A stretch of 64,000 nt of DNA from Candidatus Eiseniibacteriota bacterium (GTDB taxonomy: Bacteria > Eisenbacteria > RBG-16-71-46): assembly GCA_963744995.1 (NCBI GenBank), contig CAVUWA010000005.1, forward strand, positions 96,001 through 160,000, in the 5' to 3' direction. Both the position numbers and the translations under genes were made by a program. Shown in pieces: positions 19,300 through 28,241 of the stretch. How positions within the stretch are numbered: the stretch's first letter is position 1; the number at the start of each line of letters is the position of its first letter. The notes beneath the pieces were generated by a model. That model was not told the origin of the DNA, made no database searches, and worked only from the letters and a program-made list of their open reading frames with translations.

Positions 19300-19854
19300 C
19301 TACGCGGCCGCGCCCGGGTTTGCCGTGTCAGGAACGTCGACGGGCCGTGCCGTGCTCTCCGCCAGCCGCGTCTCACGCACGCGCAGTTTATTGACCAGCA
19401 GCAGTCCGAACCCGGTGGTGGCGACGATGAAGCCGCTGCTGGAGTTCAGATGATCCGAGAGCCGAACCGTGCCTTCGTGCGAATCCCACCGCACCACCGC
19501 ATGGACGTGGCTCTCGTCGATCAAACGAAGATCGACCCGCTGTTCGGTGGTGATCCGGTATTCCGGCGGGTAGATGAGCCTGCGCTCGACGCCGCGGCCG
19601 ACGATGACCCAGTCGATGTTCGGTCGCGTGAGCAGGAGGACGGTCGAATCCTCGGCCTGGATGAACGGAACCACCACGCGCGAAGAATCGAGCAGCTCGA
19701 TCAGCGTCTCCGGCCTCCTGGCGCTGCCCATCCGCGGGAACAGCAGGAACCATCCGTCGCGCGGGCCGAGGCTCGGCTGCGACACACGGGCCGGCACACG
19801 GATCTTCTCGACGTAGACGGTTTCTCTGGAAGCGGGGTCGCCCTCGGTCATCAT
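19300..19854 (-). CDS. Hypothetical protein with two tandem related domains
   Basis: The halves ETLIELLD..FIQ..LLLTRPNI and RLSDHLN..FIV..LLVNKLRV resemble each other. Confidence 0.7.
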   Translation of the reverse strand: MMTEGDPASRETVYVEKIRVPARVSQPSLGPRDGWFLLFPRMGSARRPETLIELLDSSRVVVPFIQAEDSTVLLLTRPNIDWVIVGRGVERRLIYPPEYRITTEQRVDLRLIDESHVHAVVRWDSHEGTVRLSDHLNSSSGFIVATTGFGLLLVNKLRVRETRLAESTARPVDVPDTANPGAAA

Positions 19855-20087
19855 GGATCGCCGGTCTCGAGCATGGGCCGTGCCTGCGGCCCGTCAGGCT
19901 TCGCGCGGGCATGCCGCTCGCGCGGTTTGGCGTGGCCGAGGTTCCACGCCTCCACCGGAGGGAGTTCTCCGGGCGATACAGGGATGATCGGCCGGAAGAC
20001 GACACACTTGAGCGGAATTGATGAGAAATAGAGATCTCGGACCCGCGAAGGGCTCTGTCCTCTCGGCGTGCCGGGGATCGAATCCGC

Positions 20088-22028
20088 TCAGCGCCGCGCC
20101 GGCAGGCTCAGCCGATAGAGCGCGACGGTGATCGCCGCGAGCAGCACGACCCCGACCCACGGCGAGCCGTGCACGCCGAAGATCGCCAGCACGTCGCCAC
20201 GGCCCGAGATCACGATCGGCACGGCGAGACCGATGCCGACCAGCGCCTCGCCGGTGATGAGGCCCGATGACATCAGCAGCCCGCGCTGCGCAGCGTCGCG
20301 GCGCTCGCCCTCGTCGCGGCGCTTCAGCGCCCGCTGCACCAGCCAGGCGACGAGACCACCGACGAAGATCGGCGTCGAGAGCTCGAACGGCAGGTAGATG
20401 CCGACCGCGACGGCGAGCACCGGAGCGCGGAAGCTCGAGCCACGCTTCTCGAGCGCGAGGTCCAGGGCGATGATCGCCGCCGCGAGCGCCATGCCGATCG
20501 CGATCATGGTCCACGGCAGACCGCCCGAGAACACGCCCTTCGCCACGGCCGCCATCAGCGTCGCCTGCGGCGCGGTGAGCGCGTGCGGGTGCTCCGCGGT
20601 CACCGCGCCGATGCCGTAGGCGTCGAGCAGCAGATTCAGCACCGGCGCCATCACCAGCGCCGAGACCAGGGTGCCGACGATCAGCACCAGCTGCTGCTTC
20701 CACGGCGTGGCGCCCACCAGGTAGCCGGTCTTCAGGTCGTGCAGGTTGTCTCCCGCGATTGCGGCCGCGCACGCGACCACGGCGCCGATCAGGATCGCCG
20801 CCGCGGCACCCCTGCCATCCAGCGGGCCGAACAGCGCGAGCACCAGCAGCGAGGCAAACAAGATCGTGGCGATCGTGACGCCGGAGATCGGGTTGTTGGA
20901 TGATCCCACGAGCCCCGTCATGTAGCCCGACACCGCGGAGAACAGGAATCCCGCGACGACCATGATCACGGCCATGCCGAGCCCGACGCCGAGCGCGCCG
21001 ATCAGGAAGTGGTAGAGCAGAAACAGGGGCACGATCGAAGCCACGATCGCCACCAGCACCCACTGCATCGGCAGATCCGCGTCGGTGCGCTCGACGACCG
21101 CGCCGCCCTTGGCGCGCCGGTAGGCGGCGAGCCCCGAGCGGAAGCCCGACAGCACGCTGCCGCGCATCCGCACCAGCGCCCACAGGCCGCCCACCACCAT
21201 GGCGCCGACGCCCAGGTAGCGCGTCTGCGTCGACCACAGCTCGCCGGCGCGCTCGACCGCCGTGACGCCGGCGGGCGCGCCGCCCGCGAGCGCGTTCACG
21301 ATCGGGATCGCGACGATCCAGTTGAGCACGCCGCCTGCGAACACCAGCACGGCGATGTTGAGGCCTACGATGTAGCCCACGGCGAGCAGCGCCGGGGACA
21401 GATTGGAACCAAAGTAGGCGATGCCGCGACGTCCGCCCACGTAGCCCGCGCCCTCCACCGTTTCGGCCCAGAGCCGCATGCCGGTTTCGGCGAGCTTGTA
21501 GAGGGCCGCTGCGATCGCCGCCCATGCCACGTACTTGACCCCCGAACCGCCCTTCTCCCCCGTCTCCAGCACCTCGGCGCAGGCGACGCCCTCGGGGAAC
21601 TGCAGCGCCTGCTCGACGATCAGCGCGCGGCGGAGCGGCACGGTGAACAGCACACCCAGCACACCGCCCAACCCGGCGATGATCGAGGTCTGCAGGAAGT
21701 CGAAACGCTGCCAGGCGCCGAGAATCACCAGCGCCGGCATCGTGAAGATCACACCGGCCGCAAGCGACTCGCCGGCGCTGGCGCAGGTCTGCACGTTGTT
21801 GTTCTCGAGGATGTTCGAGCGCCGGAACAGCTTGAGAACGCCCATCGAGATCACCGCCGCCGGAATCGAGGCCGACACGGTCATGCCCGCAAACAGGCCG
21901 AGATAGGCGTTGGCGCCGGCCAGCACGGCGGCGAGCACGATGCCAAGCACGAGACCCTTGACGGTGATCTCCGGCAGGCTCACGGAGGCGGGCACGAACG
22001 GCGACCAGGCGCCGGGCTTCTCGGACAT
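20088..22028 (-). CDS. OPT-family oligopeptide transporter
   Basis: ANAYLGLFAGMTVSASIPAAVIS, ILENN, FPEGVACAEVL, DLKTGYLVGATPWKQQ and APQATLM. Confidence 0.95.
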   Translation of the reverse strand: MSEKPGAWSPFVPASVSLPEITVKGLVLGIVLAAVLAGANAYLGLFAGMTVSASIPAAVISMGVLKLFRRSNILENNNVQTCASAGESLAAGVIFTMPALVILGAWQRFDFLQTSIIAGLGGVLGVLFTVPLRRALIVEQALQFPEGVACAEVLETGEKGGSGVKYVAWAAIAAALYKLAETGMRLWAETVEGAGYVGGRRGIAYFGSNLSPALLAVGYIVGLNIAVLVFAGGVLNWIVAIPIVNALAGGAPAGVTAVERAGELWSTQTRYLGVGAMVVGGLWALVRMRGSVLSGFRSGLAAYRRAKGGAVVERTDADLPMQWVLVAIVASIVPLFLLYHFLIGALGVGLGMAVIMVVAGFLFSAVSGYMTGLVGSSNNPISGVTIATILFASLLVLALFGPLDGRGAAAAILIGAVVACAAAIAGDNLHDLKTGYLVGATPWKQQLVLIVGTLVSALVMAPVLNLLLDAYGIGAVTAEHPHALTAPQATLMAAVAKGVFSGGLPWTMIAIGMALAAAIIALDLALEKRGSSFRAPVLAVAVGIYLPFELSTPIFVGGLVAWLVQRALKRRDEGERRDAAQRGLLMSSGLITGEALVGIGLAVPIVISGRGDVLAIFGVHGSPWVGVVLLAAITVALYRLSLPARR

Positions 22029-22126
22029 GGTCCGGGACCCTACAACGGATCGGGGCGACCCGGCGAGAAAACCGCGAGGGGCGGGCCACCGGGGCCCGCC
22101 CCTCTCACCTTCGATTCGGCTTCGGA

Positions 22127-23029
22127 CTAGCGGTACATCGCCTTCACGCGGCCCCAGCTCGAGTGCTCGACCGGCGTCGCGCCGTCGCACACGGTGAAGA
22201 ACTGGTCGCCCGCGTACTGGCGGAAGTCCACGGCGCGCGGCTCGCCGAGGTTGCAAGTGCCGGCCGGCAGCGAGCCGAGGACCTGGTTCGACACGTAGTC
22301 GTGGCTCGAGCCGTTCACGAACGCACAGACCTTGAAGCAGCCTGTGGCGTTGCCGAGCGCCGAGAGCGGGATGCTGAGCTCGATACCCGTCGCGACGCCC
22401 GCGCCAGAGCTGGCGCCGCAGCCGCCGTCCACGCCCGCGACGTTGCTGTTGTCGAGCGTGAGCTGGATGCCGTGGTCGGTGCCGCCCGACAGCGTGCCGT
22501 TCTGCGGTACGGCCTGCCCGAGGTAGTCGCCCAATCCGCCGCCGCCGGTGAGCACTTCGGCGTAGTTGGCGAAGATGTCGTCGGTGCCGCCGCCGCCGTC
22601 ACCGTTGGTCAGCGTGATGTAGTAGTCGGCCTCGAAGCCGGTGTCGAAGATCAGGCCGTTGCCGCTGCCGTCGTCGCCCATCCGGTTCAGGCCGTCGAAG
22701 TCCACGTTCGGGTTGTCGCCGCGCAGCTTGTTCTGGCCGCCGGCAATGCAGTCGATGAAGATGTCGAGCTTGTTGAAGTTCGACTCCAGGTTGCCGCCCA
22801 GGAACAGGCGCAGGTTGCCGCCGGAAATGATGCCGTAGGCGACGTCCAGCTCGGAGCCGTTGGTAAAGCCCGGCACGCCGTCGGTGGCGTCGCCGAAGTT
22901 GGTCTGCGTGGTCTGGGTGTGGAGCACGGTGCCGTAGGCGACTTCCAGACTGCCGTCGGTCTGGGCCAGCGCCGGCGCCGCGACGAGGGCCAGCAGCCCG
23001 CTCGCAAGAAGCGTGGTGGCAAGACGCAT
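22127..23029 (-). CDS. Secreted Asp/Gly-rich protein with C-terminal SWGRVKAMYR tail
   Basis: Signal peptide (ALA-Q), GNLESNFNKLDIFID and tail TPVEHSSWGRVKAMYR. Confidence 0.85.
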   Translation of the reverse strand: MRLATTLLASGLLALVAAPALAQTDGSLEVAYGTVLHTQTTQTNFGDATDGVPGFTNGSELDVAYGIISGGNLRLFLGGNLESNFNKLDIFIDCIAGGQNKLRGDNPNVDFDGLNRMGDDGSGNGLIFDTGFEADYYITLTNGDGGGGTDDIFANYAEVLTGGGGLGDYLGQAVPQNGTLSGGTDHGIQLTLDNSNVAGVDGGCGASSGAGVATGIELSIPLSALGNATGCFKVCAFVNGSSHDYVSNQVLGSLPAGTCNLGEPRAVDFRQYAGDQFFTVCDGATPVEHSSWGRVKAMYR

Positions 23030-23126
23030 GATGGGGAACCTCTCGAGGATGCGGTGAACGGGTGATCGGGGAGCGCGGGAAGTGCGGCCTCCCGCCTCAT
23101 CCGAACCTCAATGGATGCCGGAATAG

Positions 23127-23142
23127 TTTACACCGGTTTCCC
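23127..23142 (-). promoter_or_regulatory. Possible LacI-family operator overlapping a TAAACT -10 box
   Basis: The minus strand reads GGGAAACCGGTGTAAACT, about 100 bp upstream of ATG 23029. Confidence 0.35.
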
Positions 23143-23198
23143 CCGCTCCGGCAGGAGCGAACCGCGCCCCCGGAGGTCGCCGGAACTGCTGTTCGAGG

Positions 23199-23238
23199 AG
23201 CGGGCGCGGCCCCTTTGCAGGGCCGCACCCGCTTTTCT
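23199..23238. terminator. Stem-loop after gene 23239-25755
   Basis: agcgggcgcggccc-ctttgca-gggccgcacccgct. Confidence 0.5.
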
Positions 23239-25755
23239 CTATCGCGTATAGACCATGCGGCGTGCGAGACGCTCGCCGCCCATCGTGAGTTCGTACAGGT
23301 AGACGCCGCTCTTCACGCGGCGGCCGCCCTGATCGGTGCCGTTCCAGACGGCCTCGTAGGGGCCCGGAACCAGTGCCTGGTCGAGCAGCGTCCGGATCCG
23401 CCGGCCGGTGATGTCGTACACCGACAGTGTCACGCGTCCGGCGCGGCGCAGGTCGAAGCGGATCGTGGTCCTTGGCGTGAACGGGTTGGGCGCGCTCTGC
23501 TGCAGCACCGCGAACGCGGTCCCACCGCTCGACGACGACACGGGCCGCGGCACGCCGGTGGGCTCGGTGCAGTAGTCCCAGACGCTCAACACGCGCACCA
23601 TCGGCGTGGTCGTCGAGTAGTTCACGTCGTCGAGCGACATCGCGCGGTTGCCGTAGCCGAAGCACTCGAAGTCACCGATTCCTGCGGCGCTCGTGCCGAG
23701 CTGCTGCCCCGCCGCCGCGTAGCCGAGCCAGTACTTGAATTCGCCGTCGAGGTGGGTCGAATCGGGGAAGGTGAAGGCCCCCGTGTAGATGTAGTCACCG
23801 GCCGCTTCATCGAAACCGGCTCCGTCGTCGAACAGCCTGCTCGCCCACGGCAGGTTGAAGTCGAGCGGCAGCAGGTTGCCGCCGATCGCCACCGTGTCGG
23901 CCGGGCCCGGATTCGGCTCGGCGGTGCGCATGTCCACGCGGAACACCACCGTGATCGGCTTGTCGGTCACCGTGCACGCATCGATGCCGCGCGCCGGCAG
24001 CACCAGCTCGGGGTGACCGCTGCCGACCGTGCCGTAGACCTGGTCGTTGAGGTACACGTTGCGGTTCCCTTGATCGAGACACTCGAAATCGCCGCGGTAG
24101 AAGATCTTCCAGTCCACGCTCTTCGCCGTGCACACCGGGAAGCGCACCCGCGCCGCGTAGATGCCGTCACCGGCCGCGACGTCGGGGTCGACACCATCGT
24201 CCTTCATGGCGATTCCGGACGGCGTGAAGCTGAGCGGCGCCTGACCGCCCTGCACGTAGAAGGTGTCGGATGCCGTCGGGCTGACGCTATTGGCGTCCAC
24301 CTGGAACACCACGTCGACCTCGTTGTGGGTGAAGTTGGCGGGGTCGTCGTTGTTCCAGTAGGTGAGCAGGGTGACCGACGCGCCGCTGTCGCTGCTGGCG
24401 GTGAACTCGCGATTCGAGCTGAGCGGTTCGTACTCGCTGCACTTGCGCGCGAACTTGTAGCCGAGGAACGACTCCGCCTTGCCGGTGTTCGGATCCTTGA
24501 CCATCGAGAACGGCACCGTCACGGCGTAGATCGAGTCGGCGTTGCCGTCGTAGGCAAATGCGTTGTCGCACAACGAGAAGGTGAGCGGGCTCAGGCTGCC
24601 CTCGACCGAGAACGTGTCGCTTGGCGCGAAGATGCCCTTGCAGAGGCCGACGCTCGCGTCGCACTGGAAGTTGATGTTCTGGATGAAGAACGAGCCGACG
24701 TTGTCGCCGGCGATCACGTTGTCGTTCTCGTCCTGCACGTTGCTCACCGTGAGGTCGTAGAAGCTGGCGTTCGCTCCGATCGACTGCGACAGCGTCAGGT
24801 GGACGAGTGCGTGGTTGGTCGCGTCGCGCTGCGCCAGGATCACCAGCGGGATGGCGGCGCCGCCGATCGCGTAGTTGCCGGCGGACTGCGACGTGGTCAG
24901 TTCCACCGGCTCGCTGAAGGTCACGTCGACCTTGTTGCTGTTGAGCGCGAACGTCTTGTCGCCGAGCAGCAGGAAGTTGACGGCCTTCGCGCTCTCGACC
25001 CTGGGCGGCGTGTTGTCCACGAAGAGCTGGACGACGTACGGCTTCATCGCCGTCATCTGCACGACGTCGGTGGTGTCGAACGTCGTGGTGCCGACCCGCG
25101 ACATCTGCACGTCGTCGCTCGCCACCGCGTCGAGCGGCCCCTTGTTGCCGCTGTTCTGCGTCATCCACCACTCGAGATTCAGCGTATCGCCGGCGGTCAC
25201 ACCCAGCGTGGCGAGCGACAGACGCAGCTCATAGAAGTGCGTGTCTTCGCCGGCGATGCCGAGCCCGTTCGAACCGTCCTGCTGCACCTGCCAGGTACCG
25301 GCGTTGTCCTTGTAGAGCACTTCGTAGTTGTTCGCGTCGAGCTCGAAGTAGACGTAGAAGTCGGGCTTGTGGGGCACGTTGCTCCAGCCGATCTTGCGCG
25401 TGAACGGGTCGCTGGTGCCACCCGCAGCGGTGTTCTTCACGTCGAGCGCGATGCCCATCTGCGGCGTCGGGCTTTTGAAGCAGTCGTCGGGCGGATCACC
25501 GATGTTGTGGTAGTAGCCGATGTAGAGGAAGTTGTTGTCGTTCGTCACGTAAACGCGGCCGATGTCCATGGGCGAGATCACGGTCGCGGTGCACCAGGCG
25601 CTGGCCTGCGTGTCCAGGGAGTCGTCCTCGACCAGGTTCGACGCGTCGAAGTCGTTGAGTCCGTCGATTGTGATCGTCTGCGGCACGGCGGCGAGCGCGG
25701 GGGCGGCGCCGAAGGCCAGACAGGCGGCGAACAGGAAGAGCGGCAGTCGTCTCAT
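23239..25755 (-). CDS. Secreted multidomain protein: DOMON/CBM9-like, Ig-like, three CBM20-like/DDG-motif modules and FlgD-Ig C-terminus
   Basis: TITIDG..YVTNDNNFLYIG; DNTPPRV..VTFSEPV; MKDDGVDPDVAAGDGIY-type motifs; PNPFTPRTTIRF..YDITGRRIRTL..WNGTD..SGVY. Confidence 0.82.
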   Translation of the reverse strand: MRRLPLFLFAACLAFGAAPALAAVPQTITIDGLNDFDASNLVEDDSLDTQASAWCTATVISPMDIGRVYVTNDNNFLYIGYYHNIGDPPDDCFKSPTPQMGIALDVKNTAAGGTSDPFTRKIGWSNVPHKPDFYVYFELDANNYEVLYKDNAGTWQVQQDGSNGLGIAGEDTHFYELRLSLATLGVTAGDTLNLEWWMTQNSGNKGPLDAVASDDVQMSRVGTTTFDTTDVVQMTAMKPYVVQLFVDNTPPRVESAKAVNFLLLGDKTFALNSNKVDVTFSEPVELTTSQSAGNYAIGGAAIPLVILAQRDATNHALVHLTLSQSIGANASFYDLTVSNVQDENDNVIAGDNVGSFFIQNINFQCDASVGLCKGIFAPSDTFSVEGSLSPLTFSLCDNAFAYDGNADSIYAVTVPFSMVKDPNTGKAESFLGYKFARKCSEYEPLSSNREFTASSDSGASVTLLTYWNNDDPANFTHNEVDVVFQVDANSVSPTASDTFYVQGGQAPLSFTPSGIAMKDDGVDPDVAAGDGIYAARVRFPVCTAKSVDWKIFYRGDFECLDQGNRNVYLNDQVYGTVGSGHPELVLPARGIDACTVTDKPITVVFRVDMRTAEPNPGPADTVAIGGNLLPLDFNLPWASRLFDDGAGFDEAAGDYIYTGAFTFPDSTHLDGEFKYWLGYAAAGQQLGTSAAGIGDFECFGYGNRAMSLDDVNYSTTTPMVRVLSVWDYCTEPTGVPRPVSSSSGGTAFAVLQQSAPNPFTPRTTIRFDLRRAGRVTLSVYDITGRRIRTLLDQALVPGPYEAVWNGTDQGGRRVKSGVYLYELTMGGERLARRMVYTR

Positions 25756-25881
25756 GGGTGCGGTCTCCGCCGGCGGAGTCTCGGAATGCGATCGCGGAGG
25801 CGTACGGGCGCGCAGCCAGACCCCTGGGCCGGCGCAGTCCCGAAATCTGCCCGATCCGCTCTGTGGGACTTCAGCGCCATG

Positions 25882-25911
25882 ATTCTAGAGCCTCCCGCGA
25901 GACCGAAGCAA
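25882..25911 (-). promoter_or_regulatory. Sigma70-like promoter candidate
   Basis: TTGCTT-N18-TAGAAT on the minus strand, upstream of 25755. Confidence 0.45.
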
Positions 25912-25982
25912 CGCGGCAGCACGCGGGTCGATGCTCCTTTCGTATCCCCACACATGACCTCGCGGAGGCACCGCGCAAATGC

Positions 25983-26011
25983 TTGACCCCCGCTCCCGTG
26001 CGCGCGAATAT
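25983..26011 (+). promoter_or_regulatory. Sigma70-like promoter candidate for the alpha-glucan operon
   Basis: TTGACC-N17-GAATAT. Confidence 0.35.
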
Positions 26012-26046
26012 GCCGCGACCCTACACGCACGCTTGGTGGATTCCCC

Positions 26047-27288
26047 GTGATCCGACGACTCTTCCTCACGCTTGCCGCCCTTTTTCTGCCATCCATCGTC
26101 TGGTCCGCCACCGCCAGGGACCTGAGCGACCGCATGGTCATCGACGGCTTCACCGGCGAGTACGTGGATGGTGAGGCGATCTTCGGCATCAATGCCGCGC
26201 AGAACACTCTGGAGGAGTCGACCGCCGACTCCAAGTGGGGCCCCGACAACGACATCAACCAGATCCGCATCACGTGGGACGCGCAGTACCTCTATTTCGC
26301 GGGCGAGGGCGTGATCTGGGGCAACAACATGGTGATCCTGATCGACGTGATTCCGGGACGCGGTCTGGCCACCATGCGGCAACTCAACTCGTGGTCGCGC
26401 AACTTCATCTTCAGCGACGACTTCGCCCCGGACGTGTTCGGCGCCACGTGGGACGGCAACCAGAGCCCCCACTTCCTGATCCACCAGGGCGGCACCCAGG
26501 TGGACGACCAGCAGGTCGGTGAGTTGTTCCAGGCTGCGGCGACCTTTTCCACCAACCTGCGCGGGCGTGCGATGGAGTTCGCGATTCCCTGGAACACGCT
26601 GTTCCTCGGCACCGAGGGGCTCGGCACGACACCCCAGGTCGTCGACGGCGACACGATCCCGACGTTCCCGCCCGGCTCGCAGCTCAAGATCTGCGGCGTG
26701 ATCACCGCGGGCGGCGACAACACCGGCGGCCCGGATTCGGCGCCCGACAACACCCGCGGCCACGTCGAGGACGGCAATCAGGACGTGATCATCGACAACT
26801 ACGCGATCGTGGATCTGGACCGGAACGACGACACCGGACTCGGCTCGGGCGGTCCGGACGGCGTCGCCGACTGGGGCGTGGATCCCAAGTCACGCGTGTC
26901 GTTCAAATTCCAGCCGCCGGTCACCGCGGTGCGCCTGGAGATCGACGACGTGGTCCTCGACCGCCCCGCGTTCGCACCGGACCGCGGCGGGGATCTGACG
27001 TTCTCGTTCAAGCTCGCCCCCCCGCTCGATCCCAACGACCCGATCAATGCCGGCCGCACCGCCGGGCTCACCGCCAACATCTTCGATCTGCGCGGCCGAT
27101 TCATCCGCAACCTGTTCATCAATGAACAGCGGCTCGCCGCCGATCCCAACGACGGTTACGAGAGCCATGACCGCTGGGACGGGCGCGACGAGGCGGGGCA
27201 CATCGTGCCGGCCGGCGTCTACATCCTGCGTTGCGTGCTCGAACCCAACGCGAGCCGCGTGACGCGGGCGTTCGTGGTGGTGCGGTGA
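26047..27288 (+). CDS. Secreted DOMON/CBM9-like protein with FlgD-Ig C-terminus
   Basis: MVIDG..DINQIRITWDAQYLYF; IFDLRGRFIRNL..WDGRDEAGHIVPAGVYIL..FVVVR. Confidence 0.8.
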   Translation: MIRRLFLTLAALFLPSIVWSATARDLSDRMVIDGFTGEYVDGEAIFGINAAQNTLEESTADSKWGPDNDINQIRITWDAQYLYFAGEGVIWGNNMVILIDVIPGRGLATMRQLNSWSRNFIFSDDFAPDVFGATWDGNQSPHFLIHQGGTQVDDQQVGELFQAAATFSTNLRGRAMEFAIPWNTLFLGTEGLGTTPQVVDGDTIPTFPPGSQLKICGVITAGGDNTGGPDSAPDNTRGHVEDGNQDVIIDNYAIVDLDRNDDTGLGSGGPDGVADWGVDPKSRVSFKFQPPVTAVRLEIDDVVLDRPAFAPDRGGDLTFSFKLAPPLDPNDPINAGRTAGLTANIFDLRGRFIRNLFINEQRLAADPNDGYESHDRWDGRDEAGHIVPAGVYILRCVLEPNASRVTRAFVVVR

Positions 27289-28241
27289 GTTCCCTCCGTC
27301 CTCCGGCCGCACGGCGCGCGCGCGTCGCAGTCGCCGTCTGGGCGGCGCTGATGATCGCGGCGCCGGCACACGCCTATTTCGAGGAGACCGCCGTCGGCGC
27401 CCGGCCGATCTCGCTCGGCTCCTCCGCGGCCGCGCTCGTCGAGGATGCCAGCGCCTACTACTGGAACCCGGCGGGACTGGCGCGGATCGGCAAGCCGCAG
27501 GTGCTGTTCCACGTCGGCAGGCCCTACGGCATCCAGGACCTGGGCGCGAACGCGGTGGCCTACGGCATGCCGCTCGCGGGCGGCGGCGTGGCCGTCGCCT
27601 GGCATCACCTCGGCATCACCGACGTCTACGGTGAGGACCAGTTCTCGCTCGGCGCGGGACGCGAGGTGTGGGCGGCCCGCGGCCACCGTCTCGACGCGGG
27701 TGCCACGTTCAAGTTCGGCCGGGTCGCGTTCCAGCCGTTCACCGACCGCCAGAGCGGCGCGACCGTCGACTTCGGCAGCCTCTCCAAGGGCTCGCTCGAT
27801 CTGGGCCTCGACTGGCGGACGCCCGGTCTGTTCGCGTTCGCCTGGGTGCTGCGCGACGTGCTGCAGCCCGACTACGAGTTCATCCCGGGTTCGGGCGGCG
27901 GCAAGGTCCACGCACGCCAGGAGGTGTCGGCCATCTGCCGCTGGAATCCGGAGTCCACCGTGTCGCTCGGCTGGCGCCAGATCGACGGCGTCGGCGACAC
28001 CGCGCTCGACGCGGGACTCGAGATCTGGTTCTACGACGTCTTCGCGATCCGCTCCGGCTTCCGGAACCTCGCGGTCATCAGCGACGCCGAGGGCTCGCCC
28101 AACGACCTGTCGTTCACCGGCGGCTTCGGCATCCGGGACCCGCGCTGGGCGATCGACGCCGCGGCCACGACCCAGCGTGACCTCGGCGCCTCCTACCGCG
28201 TGAGCCTGAGCATCCCGCTCGCCTTCGGGAGCCCGCGATGA
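27285..28241 (+). CDS. PorV/PorQ (FadL-like) outer-membrane protein
   Basis: GARPISLG..EDASAYYWNPAGLA and amphipathic beta strands. GTGA overlap with the upstream gene. Confidence 0.75.
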   Translation: MSSLRPPAARRARVAVAVWAALMIAAPAHAYFEETAVGARPISLGSSAAALVEDASAYYWNPAGLARIGKPQVLFHVGRPYGIQDLGANAVAYGMPLAGGGVAVAWHHLGITDVYGEDQFSLGAGREVWAARGHRLDAGATFKFGRVAFQPFTDRQSGATVDFGSLSKGSLDLGLDWRTPGLFAFAWVLRDVLQPDYEFIPGSGGGKVHARQEVSAICRWNPESTVSLGWRQIDGVGDTALDAGLEIWFYDVFAIRSGFRNLAVISDAEGSPNDLSFTGGFGIRDPRWAIDAAATTQRDLGASYRVSLSIPLAFGSPR

